The position numbers and the translations under genes are program-made. A stretch of DNA of 64,000 nt from an uncultured Bdellovibrionales bacterium (GTDB lineage Bacteria > Bdellovibrionota > UBA1018 > CAIPTA01), in contig CAYQES010000010.1 of NCBI GenBank assembly GCA_964416595.1, positions 9,229 to 73,228 of the forward strand, written 5' to 3'. Shown here in pieces: positions 8,340-19,573 of the stretch; the stretch's first letter is position 1, and each line of letters starts with the position of its first letter. The notes under the pieces are model-generated. The model ran no database searches, was not told where the DNA came from, and was given only the letters and a program-made list of their open reading frames with translations.

Positions 8340-9190
8340 ACCCTTCCTAAACTTTTTGGTGGTCGGGATTTACCTAAGAATCCCGCCAGCACCAAGATCG
8401 TAGCCAAATAGGGGATCATCACGATGAACTGGGGAGGAATGCCTCCCTGGCCCCCTAGATCCACCGCTTGCAATCTGATCTGCACCACTTCCATCAAACC
8501 AAAAAACAAACAGGCCACGAGCGTGGGCACAGGTTTCCATTTTCCTAAAATCAAAGCCGCCAACGCCATGAAGCCTCGACCCGCCACCATATTGCGGGAA
8601 TAACCAGAGGATAAGCAAATCGAAAGCGTGGCACCGCCCCAGGCGGCGAGTAACCCTGAAATCGCCACAGCACTGTAACGAACCTTGTGTAAAGAAATTC
8701 CCGCCGCCTCCAAAGCCGCTGGATTTTCGCCCGCAAAACTAATCCAAAGTCCTAGCGGGCTTTTATAAAATAATACCCACACAGCAAGGGCTAATCCCCA
8801 CGCAAACCATAAAGGAAAATAAACAAAACGCTCTTCCATGGAAATCGCGGGCGTGCCTCCCGCAGAATCGTAGAGTAGTTTTAAGATGAGCGGAATCAAT
8901 CCCATCACTAGCACATTCATGGCCGTACCAGCTACCACTTGGTTCGCGCGCCCATGAATCACCGCAGCCCCATATCCTAACGCCGCCACAGCACCAGCGC
9001 CGCCTGCCGCGAGAAACCCGAGCTCAGGAGATCCGGTTTGTAATGTAACCAGTGCGCCCACAAATGCCCCCACTAACATGAAGGCTTCCAAGGCTATATT
9101 GATGATCCCAGAGCGCTCACTAAAGAGCCCACCAAGGGCCGCAAAAAGAAGAGGAGTAGCCACGCGGAGTAAACTTAAGAAATCCATCAT
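8336..9190 (-). CDS. ABC transporter permease (BMP/nucleoside-type importer)
   Basis: Polytopic membrane protein. Its start MMDFLSL overlaps the stop of the upstream permease (ATGA). It is the last gene of a four-gene ABC operon. Confidence 0.85.
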   Translation of the reverse strand: MMDFLSLLRVATPLLFAALGGLFSERSGIINIALEAFMLVGAFVGALVTLQTGSPELGFLAAGGAGAVAALGYGAAVIHGRANQVVAGTAMNVLVMGLIPLILKLLYDSAGGTPAISMEERFVYFPLWFAWGLALAVWVLFYKSPLGLWISFAGENPAALEAAGISLHKVRYSAVAISGLLAAWGGATLSICLSSGYSRNMVAGRGFMALAALILGKWKPVPTLVACLFFGLMEVVQIRLQAVDLGGQGGIPPQFIVMIPYLATILVLAGFLGKSRPPKSLGRV

Positions 9191-10215
9191 TTCCCTCTCT
9201 TTCGCACGGCCACCGCGATCGACACGCAAAAAATCACGAGCGCTTGGATCACGGAAGAAAGATCCCTGGTCACAAATTCCGTTTCGATATCCAAATCCGC
9301 AGCTCCCTTATGAAGAGCTCCAAACAAAAATCCCGTGAGCAAAATTCCTAAAGGATGGTTGCGTGCAAGGAGCGCCACGGCAATGCCGATGAAACCAAAG
9401 TCTGGGGAAAAACCTAAACGCATTTTTCCCACGCCCCCCAACACTTCCCCTACCACCACGAGCCCAGCCAAAGCTCCCGCCAACCCCATGGCCAATTGGC
9501 GGCTCCGATCCACATCAATGCCAGCGGTACGAGCTGCATCTTCATTTTCGCCAACGGCCCGGATCTTAAAACCCCATGGCGTGCGCCACAAAAAAATCCA
9601 GAGCGCTATTGATACCAACACCACAAAAGGAAAAGCCGCACTCGCGGGCGCATCATCGAACCAATGCTTCATGGGATCCCAAGCACGGAAAAAATAAGCG
9701 GGCGCCACAGGAGGCGTTTCCGGGCTTTGGCTACCTGGGTTTTGGAAATGAGAAGTAACGAGCCAACTGGAAATGGCTGCGGCCACAAAATTCAACATGA
9801 TCGTATTGATCACTTCGTGGCTTCCCCGGCTGGTGCGTAGCCACCCAGGAATCCAACCCCAAAGCCCTCCCACCAAAATAGCCGCGAGAATCGCCAGTGG
9901 CACCGCCACATAAGATGGCAAATCTGGCAACACCACGCCAACCAGCGCTCCCGCCAACGTGCCCATCACCAACTGGCCCTCGGCGCCGATATTGAAAAGC
10001 CCAGCGTGAAAAGCCACACTCACGGATAAACCAGTGCAGATCAAAGCGGTGGCATAATAGAGCGTAACTCCTAAATCATAGCGGGAGCCAAAAGCGCTTT
10101 TCACGATCACGTTCAACACATTCAGCGGATTCTCTCCCGCAAAATAGGTGAGACCTAAACCGATACTCAATCCCACTAGTAGACCTAAAAAAGAAAGCAG
10201 CAGGGTGCGCTTCAT
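9187..10215 (-). CDS. ABC transporter permease (BMP/nucleoside-type importer)
   Basis: 342 aa, about 9-10 TM helices, with a 4-nt overlap with the ATPase gene. Confidence 0.85.
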   Translation of the reverse strand: MKRTLLLSFLGLLVGLSIGLGLTYFAGENPLNVLNVIVKSAFGSRYDLGVTLYYATALICTGLSVSVAFHAGLFNIGAEGQLVMGTLAGALVGVVLPDLPSYVAVPLAILAAILVGGLWGWIPGWLRTSRGSHEVINTIMLNFVAAAISSWLVTSHFQNPGSQSPETPPVAPAYFFRAWDPMKHWFDDAPASAAFPFVVLVSIALWIFLWRTPWGFKIRAVGENEDAARTAGIDVDRSRQLAMGLAGALAGLVVVGEVLGGVGKMRLGFSPDFGFIGIAVALLARNHPLGILLTGFLFGALHKGAADLDIETEFVTRDLSSVIQALVIFCVSIAVAVRKRGK

Positions 10216-11717
10216 AGTGCAGCCCCTGCCATCAAGGCACCTACGGTTTTTTCGTTAAACTCTTCTCGCAAGAAAGATCCCACCACTTGGCCTCGGTACA
10301 AAACCAAAAGTCGATCCGCCAGAGTAAATAATTCTTCGAGCTCCGAAGAAATCAACAATACAGCCGTGCCCTGCTCCCGTAGATCCAAGATTTTTTTATG
10401 AATGAATGCGATGGCGCCAATATCTACACCGCGGGTGGGCTTGGAAGCGAGGAGTAATTTTGGTTGCTGCCATAATTCCCGAGCTACCACTAATTTTTGC
10501 TGGTTACCGCCGCTTAAATCTGAGGCCTTAGCCTCCACTAAGGGCGGACGCACATCATAGGTATGTAGCGCTCCTTGGGTGACATTGCGGATTTTTTTGC
10601 GTAATAAAAATGGACCCCAACGAAATTCTTTTTTTTGCTCATGGCCTAAGAGAAAATTCTCCGCTAAGGAAAAGTCTAATAACAATCCTTCTTTCAAACG
10701 ATCTTCCGGAAAAACGGCCGTGCCAAGTTCCCGGATTTTAGCGGCAGAAAAACGTTCAACACTTTTTTCCTGAAAGCGTAAGGAGCCTTCCTTTAAATTC
10801 CGTTTCGGATCTAAGAGAAGCCGCAACAATTCCGACTGTCCGTTTCCCTCCACGCCCGCAATACCTAAAATCTCTCCGGCACGTATGCGAAAGCTCACAG
10901 GACCAAGATTTTTTCCCGCCTTCACGGCTTTGGCTTCCAACACCAAATCATGGCGAGCCGGGCTTCGCTCTTTTTCTGTCGGCGCTTGCACTTCCTGACC
11001 CATCATCAAACCGCTAATTTCCCCAATAGAAGTGTGCTGCACTTCCCGCTCTCCCACCACCCGGCCCGCCCGGAATATGGTAACTTTCTCGGCCAGGGCC
11101 ATCACTTCTTTTAATTTGTGGGTGATGATGAGAATGGTTTTTCCTTTGGCGCTAAGAGCACGCAAAATGCGAAATAAACCTTCAATCTCCGCGGGCGCGA
11201 GCACAGCGGTTGGTTCATCTAAAATCAAAACTTTAGAATCCCGGTACAAAAGTTTTAAAATCTCGATCTTCTGCTGCATGCCCACGGGCAATTCTTCCAC
11301 GGGAGTGTCGAGGGGAATCTCTAGGCCGAACTCCTGCATCAAGGCTTGGATTTTTTTTCTCGCGGCCCCACTATGGCGGCGTAAATAAGGGAAGTGATGG
11401 GTGCCAAGCAAAATATTTTCTAAAGCCGTATGGGTTTCCGCCAGCATAAAATGCTGGTGAACCATGCCGAAGCCTGCAGCGATGGCATCTGCCGAGGAGC
11501 TCCAGTGGCAACGCTTGCCCGCCAATAGAATTTCTCCGCCATCGGGCATGTATTGGCCGTACAAGATTTTCATGGCCGTGCTTTTGCCCGCGCCGTTTTC
11601 CCCCACGATGGCGTGGATGGAACTTTCGGCTACTTGAAAAGAAACCTGGGCATTGGCCTGCACGGGGCCAAAGGATTTTTGAATGTTCCTCAGTTCCAGG
11701 TAACTACTTTTTTGCAT
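10212..11717 (-). CDS. ABC transporter ATP-binding protein (duplicated ATPase)
   Basis: Walker [10 protein letters not shown], degenerate second P-loop GVEGNGQSE, signature LSGGNQQK, Walker B LILDEPT. Confidence 0.9.
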   Translation of the reverse strand: MQKSSYLELRNIQKSFGPVQANAQVSFQVAESSIHAIVGENGAGKSTAMKILYGQYMPDGGEILLAGKRCHWSSSADAIAAGFGMVHQHFMLAETHTALENILLGTHHFPYLRRHSGAARKKIQALMQEFGLEIPLDTPVEELPVGMQQKIEILKLLYRDSKVLILDEPTAVLAPAEIEGLFRILRALSAKGKTILIITHKLKEVMALAEKVTIFRAGRVVGEREVQHTSIGEISGLMMGQEVQAPTEKERSPARHDLVLEAKAVKAGKNLGPVSFRIRAGEILGIAGVEGNGQSELLRLLLDPKRNLKEGSLRFQEKSVERFSAAKIRELGTAVFPEDRLKEGLLLDFSLAENFLLGHEQKKEFRWGPFLLRKKIRNVTQGALHTYDVRPPLVEAKASDLSGGNQQKLVVARELWQQPKLLLASKPTRGVDIGAIAFIHKKILDLREQGTAVLLISSELEELFTLADRLLVLYRGQVVGSFLREEFNEKTVGALMAGAAL

Positions 11718-12684
11718 TCTTGTAGTAATCCGGTACTTTGATTTTCCCTTGGATCATCTGTGTTTTTAATTGTTCGAGCCTGGCGCGAATTTCAGGGTTA
11801 AGGATTTTTTCATTGTGGGCATCCAGGGCATAATCCACGCCTTTATTTTCGAGGCCAAAGCGGGCGGTACCTCCGGAAAATTTTCCGTCTTTTACAGATT
11901 GAATGAGATCAAAAACAGCAACGTCCACCCGCTTTAGCATGCTCGTGAGCACAAAACCGGGTTTCACCCAGTTTTGGTTAGAGTCCACACCGATGGCGAA
12001 CTTTTTCTTTTCCTCGGCGGCGTCAAACAAGCCATAGTTTGAGGCACCTGCAGCCCCATAGATCACATCCACGCCCTGATTGTATTGAGATAATGCCAAT
12101 TCTTTGGCTTTAGCAGGATTGTTCCAAGAGTCGCTCGTGACACCCACATAATTATTCACGATCACGGCTTTCGGATTCACATGCTTTACACCAGCCTCAT
12201 AGCCCATTTGAAACCGGCGGATCAAGGGCACATCCATACCGCCCAAAAATCCCACCTTGCCCGTTTTACTCACAAGAGCCGCAGCAGCCCCCATCAAAAA
12301 GCTTCCTTGGTGCTCTTCAAACAATAAATTGCGCACATTGGGCTGCACCACTTCTGCGTCCACCAAACCGAATTTTAAATGGGGAAATTGCGGGGCCACG
12401 CGCTTGATTGCATCGCTCATGGAAAAGCCCACTCCGATGATCAAATCGAATTTTTTTTGCGCGAAACTGCGCATGGTGGATTCCACGGCCGCGTCGTCCA
12501 TGGTTTCCACGTATTTTAATTGGATGCCTAAATCTTTTTTGGCTTTTTCTGCTCCCGCATAGGCCGCAGCGTTGAAGGATTTATCGTCCCGCCCCCCCTT
12601 ATCTAAAACCAAAGCCACCCGAATTGGCTCGGCCAAGGCAGTAGAAAAAAGCGTAGAAAATAAAAACAAAAAAAGAAGTCTCAT
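11704..12684 (-). CDS. BMP-family ABC transporter substrate-binding protein (PnrA/Med-like)
   Basis: Start taken at MRLLFLFLFSTLFSTALA (signal peptide). Motifs: ALVLDKGGRDDKSFN, IGVGF, AIGVDSNQ. Confidence 0.85.
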   Translation of the reverse strand: MRLLFLFLFSTLFSTALAEPIRVALVLDKGGRDDKSFNAAAYAGAEKAKKDLGIQLKYVETMDDAAVESTMRSFAQKKFDLIIGVGFSMSDAIKRVAPQFPHLKFGLVDAEVVQPNVRNLLFEEHQGSFLMGAAAALVSKTGKVGFLGGMDVPLIRRFQMGYEAGVKHVNPKAVIVNNYVGVTSDSWNNPAKAKELALSQYNQGVDVIYGAAGASNYGLFDAAEEKKKFAIGVDSNQNWVKPGFVLTSMLKRVDVAVFDLIQSVKDGKFSGGTARFGLENKGVDYALDAHNEKILNPEIRARLEQLKTQMIQGKIKVPDYYKNAKK

Positions 12685-12859
12685 AGGCTTTTGGTTTCCT
12701 TTGCGGCGACTATAATGCATCTCCTCTCTAGAGCAAGCTTCTTTCACGTTTCCGGCAGCAAAAAATCTGACAAAAATTCACTGCGATATCAAGCATGTAT
12801 GCCACATAGCTGGCATTCTTTCGCGCTTAGCGCTATCCTAAATAGCAGGAGGAGTTTTC

Positions 12860-13210
12860 ATGCGTATTTTTTTAGTATTTGCCCTCTTACTTCAAGTTTC
12901 ATCCGTAGCCATGGCTAGCGGGCTTTTTGGCAATAACAAAGCGGATGATAGTTTCGCCGTAAAATCCATTGAAGGGCGCCAAGCCATTCTTGAAGGCAAA
13001 CCAAAAGATTTGAAAGTAGGCGACTCCCTTTATTTTATGCGTAGTCCATTTAAGTTCACCGTAAGCTCAGTCAAAGGAAACACCGTCACTGTAACGCTAC
13101 CGGAAAGTCATACGTTGGCCGAAGGCAATGCTTTACTTCGTTTCCCGAACGATGCCATTAAAAAGAACATACAGACCGAGAGCCGCCTAAAACAGGCCCT
13201 GGAAGAATAG
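12860..13210 (+). CDS. Hypothetical secreted protein
   Basis: 116 aa with signal peptide MRIFLVFALLLQVSSVAMA and an AGGAGG SD 8 nt upstream. Confidence 0.55.
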   Translation: MRIFLVFALLLQVSSVAMASGLFGNNKADDSFAVKSIEGRQAILEGKPKDLKVGDSLYFMRSPFKFTVSSVKGNTVTVTLPESHTLAEGNALLRFPNDAIKKNIQTESRLKQALEE

Positions 13211-13211
13211 A

Positions 13212-15503
13212 TCAGGAATTAGCTCGCACTCGCTCCCCTCGATACACTGGCCAAATCACCATGCACACCAAGTACATGGAAACTTGGCCCAATACCGAAA
13301 CCCAAGCGATGCCTTTTAGCATCCCAGCTTCCGCAAAAAACAAAGAACCAAAACCAGCCATAGTGGTAAACACTGAAAGATGCACCGCTTGAGCCACGAA
13401 ACGTGCCGCTGGTAAAGCGCCATACCTCTCCCGCTCCCTGTGGCGCACATGCACTCCCATATCAATACCGGCAGCCAGCACAGCGGGCACCATAGCCACG
13501 TTCAAAATAGAAAAGCGCACACCCACTAGTCCCATCAAAGCAATCAACACAAAAATCCCGGCGATCAACTGGAACTCAAGATCTAAAGCATCCAAGAAAT
13601 TACGAAAATCCAATCCCATCACCACGAAGGCACCAGCCAAAAAAACTAGCAAAATGATTAAACCGTCGTGGGTGATGTGATCCAAAATCTCCGTGAAAAT
13701 TGTCACGTCGCTACCCACTTTAATTCCCGGAAAAACCTGTCGCGCTTCTTGTAATACATTGGAAAAAGCTCTGAGAGCGGGCGCTTGATCTAAATCCTGG
13801 GCCGGATACGCCAATACAATGTTTCCACTTTGGCCAAAAGCATCGGCTAATTGAGGGGGCAGATCTTTGCGCTGATTGGGCTTAGCTTCTAAGAGCCTTC
13901 GCACATCATTTGCGTCCATCCCAGATTTTGCGCCAAGTTCACTATCGGAAAGGCGCGTGAGACGGCTCGACAAACGCTCAATTTCTGCAAAACGATCTTC
14001 TGCATCTTCTGGAATCAAGCGATAGAGGGAAATCGCATCTTGTACCAACTCCTTGCGGGAAGAATCTTTTAGCCAAGCCTCGAGCGCTTTTGCCTGCTTA
14101 GCATCGGTGGCTAAAAGCGCCGCTGGCGTAAAGCTGCGGCCGAAAAGATCATTCACAAACTGATTTCTTTCCCTAGTTTCCTGGGAAAGATTGTGCATGC
14201 GTTTAAAGTCGTACTCAAACTCCGCTTGCCATGCACCCCAACAAGCGAGGAGCACAAAAGGCGGAATCACCCAACGCATTTTTCGACCAAAAGGATACAA
14301 ACCAAAAGCTTCCCGCAATTTGGTGAAATGGGGCTTTTCCCGCAGAACAAGCGCCATCACGGGAAACATACACACATAAACAATATATATAGATAAAATC
14401 CCTACGCCAGCAATCTTACCCAATTCCGAGAAGCCGCGAAAATCACTAAAAGAAAGAATAAGAAACGCAGCAGCGGAAGTGATCGCCGCTGATCCTAAAG
14501 CTCGGCCCGTATACAAATAGGATCGTTCAAGCGCCCTGGTAGGAGAATGGCCAGAAGCCAGCTCTTGCTGAAAGCGCCTCACCAAATGCACGCCATACTC
14601 CACACCCATGCCGCCTAAAATCGCGAGCAAAAAACCCGTAAGGATATTGATCTGGCCCACGAGCAAATGCGCGGCCCCGAGAGTCCAAGCCATGGCCACA
14701 CTCACAGCCAACACCATAAGTGCGGAACCCCGAAAAGAACCCAAACCAAAAATCAGAATAAAAGCCACCCCCGCTAAAGAAAGAACGGAGGTGAATTGGA
14801 TGTCTTTTTCAATTTGGTAGGTGTCGTTTACTTTATCCACATAACGACCCACTAAAGTGAAGGGCGTTGTGCCCAAGGCGGACTTTAAAGAACTATCTAC
14901 TTCGGCCACAAGCTCCCTAGATTTCCCCAAATCCTCGGAGTCAAAAGCAGGTTTCGCCAAAACCATGGCAAAGCGCTTATCGGCAGAGATAAAGTAGCGG
15001 TCTTTTTTGCCTATGTCCAAGCGCTTCAGCCTAGATTTCGCACGCCGTAAATTTTGTTTTTGGTCCGCATCGGACTCTAAACCAAGATCAATCAAGCCAC
15101 TTTTGCCGTTATTGGCGATGATCCGCCCGGCTTCCAGCACTTCTTCAAAATCTTTTTCCGGCAAAAGATAAAGCGCCTGATCGCGCAAGCTATATTCTTC
15201 TCTCTCATGGAACGTGTAGCGGATCTTAGGTTGGGATTTTAACAGTTCCGCTACTTTTGTGAGTTGAGCCTCGGGTTTTTCCATGGGACCCAAGAGCACG
15301 ATCAAATAACCCACGCCGCCCACTTCTTTGGAAACCGCTTGCAGGTCTAAAACACTTTGCCGGTTTTCCGGCAAAAGATCCGCTAAGGATAAACGAATGG
15401 GCAAATCCAAGCCGCGGCTAAGGCCCAAACCCGCCACGAGCAAAGCGAACACAAAACCCACCCAACGGTGGCGCAAATTCCAAAGGAGTACTTTTCCTAA
15501 CAC
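13212..15503 (-). CDS. MMPL/RND-superfamily transporter
   Basis: 763 aa with two clusters of about 5-6 TM helices, each preceded by a large soluble loop. This is typical MMPL (HpnN-like) topology. Confidence 0.75.
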   Translation of the reverse strand: MLGKVLLWNLRHRWVGFVFALLVAGLGLSRGLDLPIRLSLADLLPENRQSVLDLQAVSKEVGGVGYLIVLLGPMEKPEAQLTKVAELLKSQPKIRYTFHEREEYSLRDQALYLLPEKDFEEVLEAGRIIANNGKSGLIDLGLESDADQKQNLRRAKSRLKRLDIGKKDRYFISADKRFAMVLAKPAFDSEDLGKSRELVAEVDSSLKSALGTTPFTLVGRYVDKVNDTYQIEKDIQFTSVLSLAGVAFILIFGLGSFRGSALMVLAVSVAMAWTLGAAHLLVGQINILTGFLLAILGGMGVEYGVHLVRRFQQELASGHSPTRALERSYLYTGRALGSAAITSAAAFLILSFSDFRGFSELGKIAGVGILSIYIVYVCMFPVMALVLREKPHFTKLREAFGLYPFGRKMRWVIPPFVLLACWGAWQAEFEYDFKRMHNLSQETRERNQFVNDLFGRSFTPAALLATDAKQAKALEAWLKDSSRKELVQDAISLYRLIPEDAEDRFAEIERLSSRLTRLSDSELGAKSGMDANDVRRLLEAKPNQRKDLPPQLADAFGQSGNIVLAYPAQDLDQAPALRAFSNVLQEARQVFPGIKVGSDVTIFTEILDHITHDGLIILLVFLAGAFVVMGLDFRNFLDALDLEFQLIAGIFVLIALMGLVGVRFSILNVAMVPAVLAAGIDMGVHVRHRERERYGALPAARFVAQAVHLSVFTTMAGFGSLFFAEAGMLKGIAWVSVLGQVSMYLVCMVIWPVYRGERVRANS

Positions 15504-15530
15504 GCCCCTAATCTACCACTTCTGTTGAGC

Positions 15531-16439
15531 CTAGCGAAACAAAAGTGGCAGAGTGATACGAGTGCGACCATGGGCGGCAGGAAAGCGTAGACCAGAAAAA
15601 TATTTGCGCACCAGGGTTTGGGGTTTGCTTTTGTTATTACCCTCAAGGGAAACCAAACTATCGGCCAAAATTTCAGGAGAAGACGCAACTCCCGAAGGCG
15701 AAACCCCAACGCGTACACTCAGTACTCCATGGCAACGGCCCTCTTGGGCCAAGGCATCCACCAAACCTTGCACCGCTTCGTCTAAAACCGGCGCCACTTG
15801 CTTGGCCCGTAAAGCTCCTTGCAAAAAAGGCTTTGGCTCCGTGAACCAACCATGCACCACGAGCCGAGCCTCCCTTGGATCCCGCGTTCCCGTGACGGGC
15901 GTTACCCCGTGGGGTAAACGGGGATCGAACACCACCAAGCGATTGAACTTAGGTGCCACACGCTCCACGAAACTCGAAAGCTCTCGATCCTTAGCATCTT
16001 GAAAATTTTGCCAGTACTGGAGCACTTGCGGTCGGAGCAATAGAGTTTCCCCGCCCTTAAAGCCCAAGCGCTTCGGACTCAAAGAAAACACAAAAGCCCA
16101 GGGACCATGGGGAACATCGGAATGGAGTTGCTGCTGGCAACCTTCCACATAGTAGCTCAGCCAGGGCGGCGTGATGCCCCAGCAGCCCAAATTCTCCTGA
16201 CCCCAACGCACCAAATGCTGCAAAAATGCGCCATAGATTTTTTGCGGGAAAAAATGATCTGCTGGCGTGCGCACCAGGGTGTATTGATCTGGCACATGCC
16301 AATAATCCCACACAAACCGTTGGCTCGTGGTGGCTTTAGGATCCCGGAAGCGCTCGTCAAACACCGAACGTAAGGCCGGAGCGCCAGGAAAAAACCGATC
16401 TTGCAACCAGAGATGCTTAGGCATGCTCCCTTCTACCAC
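15531..16439 (-). CDS. 2OG-Fe(II) oxygenase superfamily protein
   Basis: Candidate HxD...H iron triad (LHSDVPHG; RLPHGV) and the basic residue in RLVVHGWF. Confidence 0.6.
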   Translation of the reverse strand: MVEGSMPKHLWLQDRFFPGAPALRSVFDERFRDPKATTSQRFVWDYWHVPDQYTLVRTPADHFFPQKIYGAFLQHLVRWGQENLGCWGITPPWLSYYVEGCQQQLHSDVPHGPWAFVFSLSPKRLGFKGGETLLLRPQVLQYWQNFQDAKDRELSSFVERVAPKFNRLVVFDPRLPHGVTPVTGTRDPREARLVVHGWFTEPKPFLQGALRAKQVAPVLDEAVQGLVDALAQEGRCHGVLSVRVGVSPSGVASSPEILADSLVSLEGNNKSKPQTLVRKYFSGLRFPAAHGRTRITLPLLFR

Positions 16440-16475
16440 TTGCCTTTAAATCGTAAAAATTTTAGTTTTGGACCC

Positions 16476-16895
16476 ATGAAATCTTTCCGCAAAGAACTTG
16501 TTTTCGAGATCCCCAAACGCCTGGCCTTCATCAACATCACCGAAGAAGTGGAGGCCTGCCTGGAAAAGAGCGGCATCCAAGAGGGCTTATGCCTCGTGAA
16601 CTCCATGCATATTTCTTCCTCGGTCTTTATCAATGATGACGAACGGGGCCTACACCAAGATTTTGAAACCTTCCTAGAAAATCTCGTGCCCCACGGCCCC
16701 ATCGAGCAATACCGCCACAATGATACGGGGGAGGACAACGCGGACGCCCACATCAAACGGCAGGTGATGGGCCGGGAGGTGGTGGTGGCCATTACGGATG
16801 GACGCCTGGATTTTGGCCCTTGGGAACAAATTTTCTACGGAGAGTTCGACGGTAAACGGAAAAAACGGGTGCTCGTGAAAATCATCGGTCAGTAA
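16476..16895 (+). CDS. yjbQ: YjbQ/UPF0047 family protein (secondary thiamine-phosphate synthase-like)
   Basis: Start at MKSFRKEL. Family pattern: [55 protein letters not shown]. Confidence 0.85.
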   Translation: MKSFRKELVFEIPKRLAFINITEEVEACLEKSGIQEGLCLVNSMHISSSVFINDDERGLHQDFETFLENLVPHGPIEQYRHNDTGEDNADAHIKRQVMGREVVVAITDGRLDFGPWEQIFYGEFDGKRKKRVLVKIIGQ

Positions 16896-16899
16896 CCAG

Positions 16900-17613
16900 T
16901 TACTGCATCTCGTACTCCACGGAAACCCGGGAGCTAATATTGATCTCCCCCGGAGCCACGGACGTGGAATCCGCCATTTCCGCCCCCCCCTTCATCATCG
17001 CCATGGGTGCGTGAGCATATACGGGCGGTTGGTGCTGCACGGAACTATCCGAAATCCTCAAAACTCCTTTTAAACTACGCTTACTGGATTTTGCCAAAGC
17101 TTCCGCCCGGCTTAAGGCATTCTTCATGGCCAAATCCAGGGCCTGCAATTCCACTTCTTGGCGCTTTTCTGTGGCAAAATTTACTCCCTGTAGAAGCACG
17201 GCCACATCTTCGGTGCCCTTGCCCACTAAAGCATCCAATAAAGTTCCCACGCTCTCGAGTTTCCGCACCGTAACGCTAAGACCATGCTCCAATTGATACC
17301 CTAAGAAAACCTGTTTGCCGTTCTGTTCGTAGCGATATTCGGGCTGCAGGGAGAAATTGGTGGTTTGGATATCTTTGGCTTCGATCCGAAACTCGTCTTT
17401 CAGCACCTTTTCCACCCGGGTCATTTCTTTGGCATTCTTCGTTTGTGCCAATTTGGCTTCTTTCCCCTTGGTGCGCACCTGCAAATTCAAGGTGGCTTTA
17501 TCGGGCCTCACGGACATTTCCCCCTCCCCCCGCACAGCGATGGTGCGGGGAAATTCTGGAGCGGCAAAAGTGGAAAGAGGGAGGGCAAGTAGTAGAAAAG
17601 AAAGTGCTTTCAT
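16900..17613 (-). CDS. SIMPL (DUF541) domain periplasmic protein
   Basis: Start taken at MKALSFLLLALPLSTFA (signal peptide). Also TIAVRGEGEMSVRPDKATLNLQV and the C-terminal GEINISSRVSVEYEM. Confidence 0.75.
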   Translation of the reverse strand: MKALSFLLLALPLSTFAAPEFPRTIAVRGEGEMSVRPDKATLNLQVRTKGKEAKLAQTKNAKEMTRVEKVLKDEFRIEAKDIQTTNFSLQPEYRYEQNGKQVFLGYQLEHGLSVTVRKLESVGTLLDALVGKGTEDVAVLLQGVNFATEKRQEVELQALDLAMKNALSRAEALAKSSKRSLKGVLRISDSSVQHQPPVYAHAPMAMMKGGAEMADSTSVAPGEINISSRVSVEYEMQ

Positions 17614-17874
17614 AGCTTCAGGAAAGCAGGAAGCGGGCAAGCCGTCAAGGGCTTCTGCGCTAGCGAGCCAGGGCCCGGGAGCTATTTTTGGCAGACTTCG
17701 CCAACCGGCGACGCATAAGCAGCACCACCGCACAGGCAAAAGTTTCAACTAATAAAGAAAAACTCTGTTGCATACTGGCTAAACAAATATCTCTATAGTT
17801 TTGGGCTGTCAACTTATTGTGAGGAGAGGAGGAAGTTTATCCCTGGCTAATCCAGTTCCACTAAAAACCAAAAA

Positions 17875-19509
17875 CTAAGGCGAACTCAAACTATCGAGCA
17901 AAATTTTGCGATCTTCGGGACTAAGAGCGTGAGACGCATTTTTCGGTGGCATCTTGGGTTGGCCTTGAGGATCACGCAAATATTTCAGCACCAGGCTTTC
18001 CCCATTTAGGTCTTTTTTATAATTCTTCATAGCTTCAAAGTCCGTGAGGGGCAGTTCGTAATCGGAGAGCACTGCGCCTACGCCCTGGTGGCATTCGCTG
18101 CAGCTCTGGAGAAAAATCTGGGTGGGGCGTCCAAGGTTTTCCACCAGGGCCCGGTTGATATCCGCGATGACTTTTTCCTCGGGGAAGGCCGGGATTTTTT
18201 GTTTTTTGCAATCTTCCAGGATTTTATCTTTACGGTTGAAAATTACGTTTTGGATTAAGTTTTCATCCGGCAGCCAGGAGCTCGTGAGGACAGAAGACAA
18301 AGAATTATCCTTTAACGCCCGGAATAGATCCTTTTGATTTTTCGCCCAATCGAGCAAAGGCTTATTTTCCGTTGAAAGGCCAAAACAAATATTACCCATG
18401 GTTACCAAAAATCCGAGGGGGTTCTCCTTATCGAGCGTTACCGTCGGGCGGGGATAGGTGGGATCGGCTTTGCCCTGGATACCGAGGATCTCCTCCCACT
18501 TTAAGCTTGGATTTTTGCTGTTTTCGTTAGCCACTAGCAGAGGATCCACGATTGCGAGCTTGGCCGAATAAAAAAACTCTTCTCCCGTCATGGCGTGAGC
18601 CGTTTTTTCTAAGGGGTGCGCTACGAGCAGGTTTTCCCCGCTAAAAATTTTTGTGAGCCCACCTTTTTCCTTCGCGGCCAAAGGATCCCGATCGGGCAAC
18701 ACAGGAGAAGAGACCGCGAATTTACCGGCCACTACGGCGGGCCATAGGGATTCATAAAAATAGGTTAATTCAGGGCTGTTCTCTTTTGGGCCGAAGCCTT
18801 GCATTTGTTGCCCGCGCATAGCGACAGCTAATAATTTTAATTTACAATCGGAATCTTCTTCGGCGCAAATCTCCGAGCAAACCTTGCGGGTTAAGATTTT
18901 TTCATTCGCGATTGTCACCCGGATGTCGTAGTTAATCACGTCGTTGCCTGTACCGAGAGGGATAGTTGATTGAAAATTACTTTCTTGCTGAATTTTCTCC
19001 AGCAACTCATTTTTTTTCATAAAATTCCCATCACCCGCGTGGGTTTCGGACCAAGGCGCGCGGCTAAAAATGGGCCCGCCGTTTTGGTGGCAGCCTAAGC
19101 AGAGGGTGCGGTTCGCTTTTTTTAGGATTGGGGTTTTGCCGGGTTCCAGCTGATCCAAGAGATAAAATTCGTAGCGGCCCTTGGCTTGATTCCAAGCGAT
19201 GATTTCGGCCTGCTTGGTCTTGGGGGCATAACCCATGAAAAGGTCTGGATTTTTGAAAACAGGCAGAATGCGGGGGTCCTGGAAATCTGCTTTATTTTTT
19301 ACCAATGAGCGGCCATCGGGAATGGCGAGAAGCACCGTGGGGAACATAGCACTTTTCTCTCCCTCAAGAAGCCGCACTAAGCTGTCAAAATCCGTAGGGA
19401 TTCCGGCTGCGAGCTTCCTCTCCACTTCCGTTTCGTACAATGGTTCGGGGCCGGCTAAAGCAAGGCTAGCCAGACAAAAGTAAAATAAGAAAAATAGATT
19501 CTTTTTCAC
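17875..19509 (-). CDS. Secreted protein with two c-type heme-binding motifs (di-heme cytochrome c-like)
   Basis: 544 aa with a signal peptide and two CxxCH motifs: LCLGCHQ (about residue 146) and SCSECHQ (about residue 470). Confidence 0.5.
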   Translation of the reverse strand: MKKNLFFLFYFCLASLALAGPEPLYETEVERKLAAGIPTDFDSLVRLLEGEKSAMFPTVLLAIPDGRSLVKNKADFQDPRILPVFKNPDLFMGYAPKTKQAEIIAWNQAKGRYEFYLLDQLEPGKTPILKKANRTLCLGCHQNGGPIFSRAPWSETHAGDGNFMKKNELLEKIQQESNFQSTIPLGTGNDVINYDIRVTIANEKILTRKVCSEICAEEDSDCKLKLLAVAMRGQQMQGFGPKENSPELTYFYESLWPAVVAGKFAVSSPVLPDRDPLAAKEKGGLTKIFSGENLLVAHPLEKTAHAMTGEEFFYSAKLAIVDPLLVANENSKNPSLKWEEILGIQGKADPTYPRPTVTLDKENPLGFLVTMGNICFGLSTENKPLLDWAKNQKDLFRALKDNSLSSVLTSSWLPDENLIQNVIFNRKDKILEDCKKQKIPAFPEEKVIADINRALVENLGRPTQIFLQSCSECHQGVGAVLSDYELPLTDFEAMKNYKKDLNGESLVLKYLRDPQGQPKMPPKNASHALSPEDRKILLDSLSSP

Positions 19510-19573
19510 CTCTTCCTATCGGCAAATTTCTTCTATTTTTATATTTTCTCAGTGATTTTGCGGGAAATACGAA

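Noticed and set aside
12811-12825. Sigma54-like TGGCA-N-..GC element (TGGCATTCTTTCGCG) upstream of 12860.
   Set aside because: The GG-to-GC spacing is off by one from the -24/-12 consensus in either possible register, and no enhancer-binding protein gene is nearby.
17614-17874. 260-nt gap upstream of the SIMPL gene inspected for an RNA gene or promoter (TTGACA-17-TATTTG on the minus strand).
   Set aside because: The -10 lacks the invariant final T, and no convincing secondary structure or conserved RNA motif was recognised. Part of the gap is covered only by an implausible N-terminal ORF extension.
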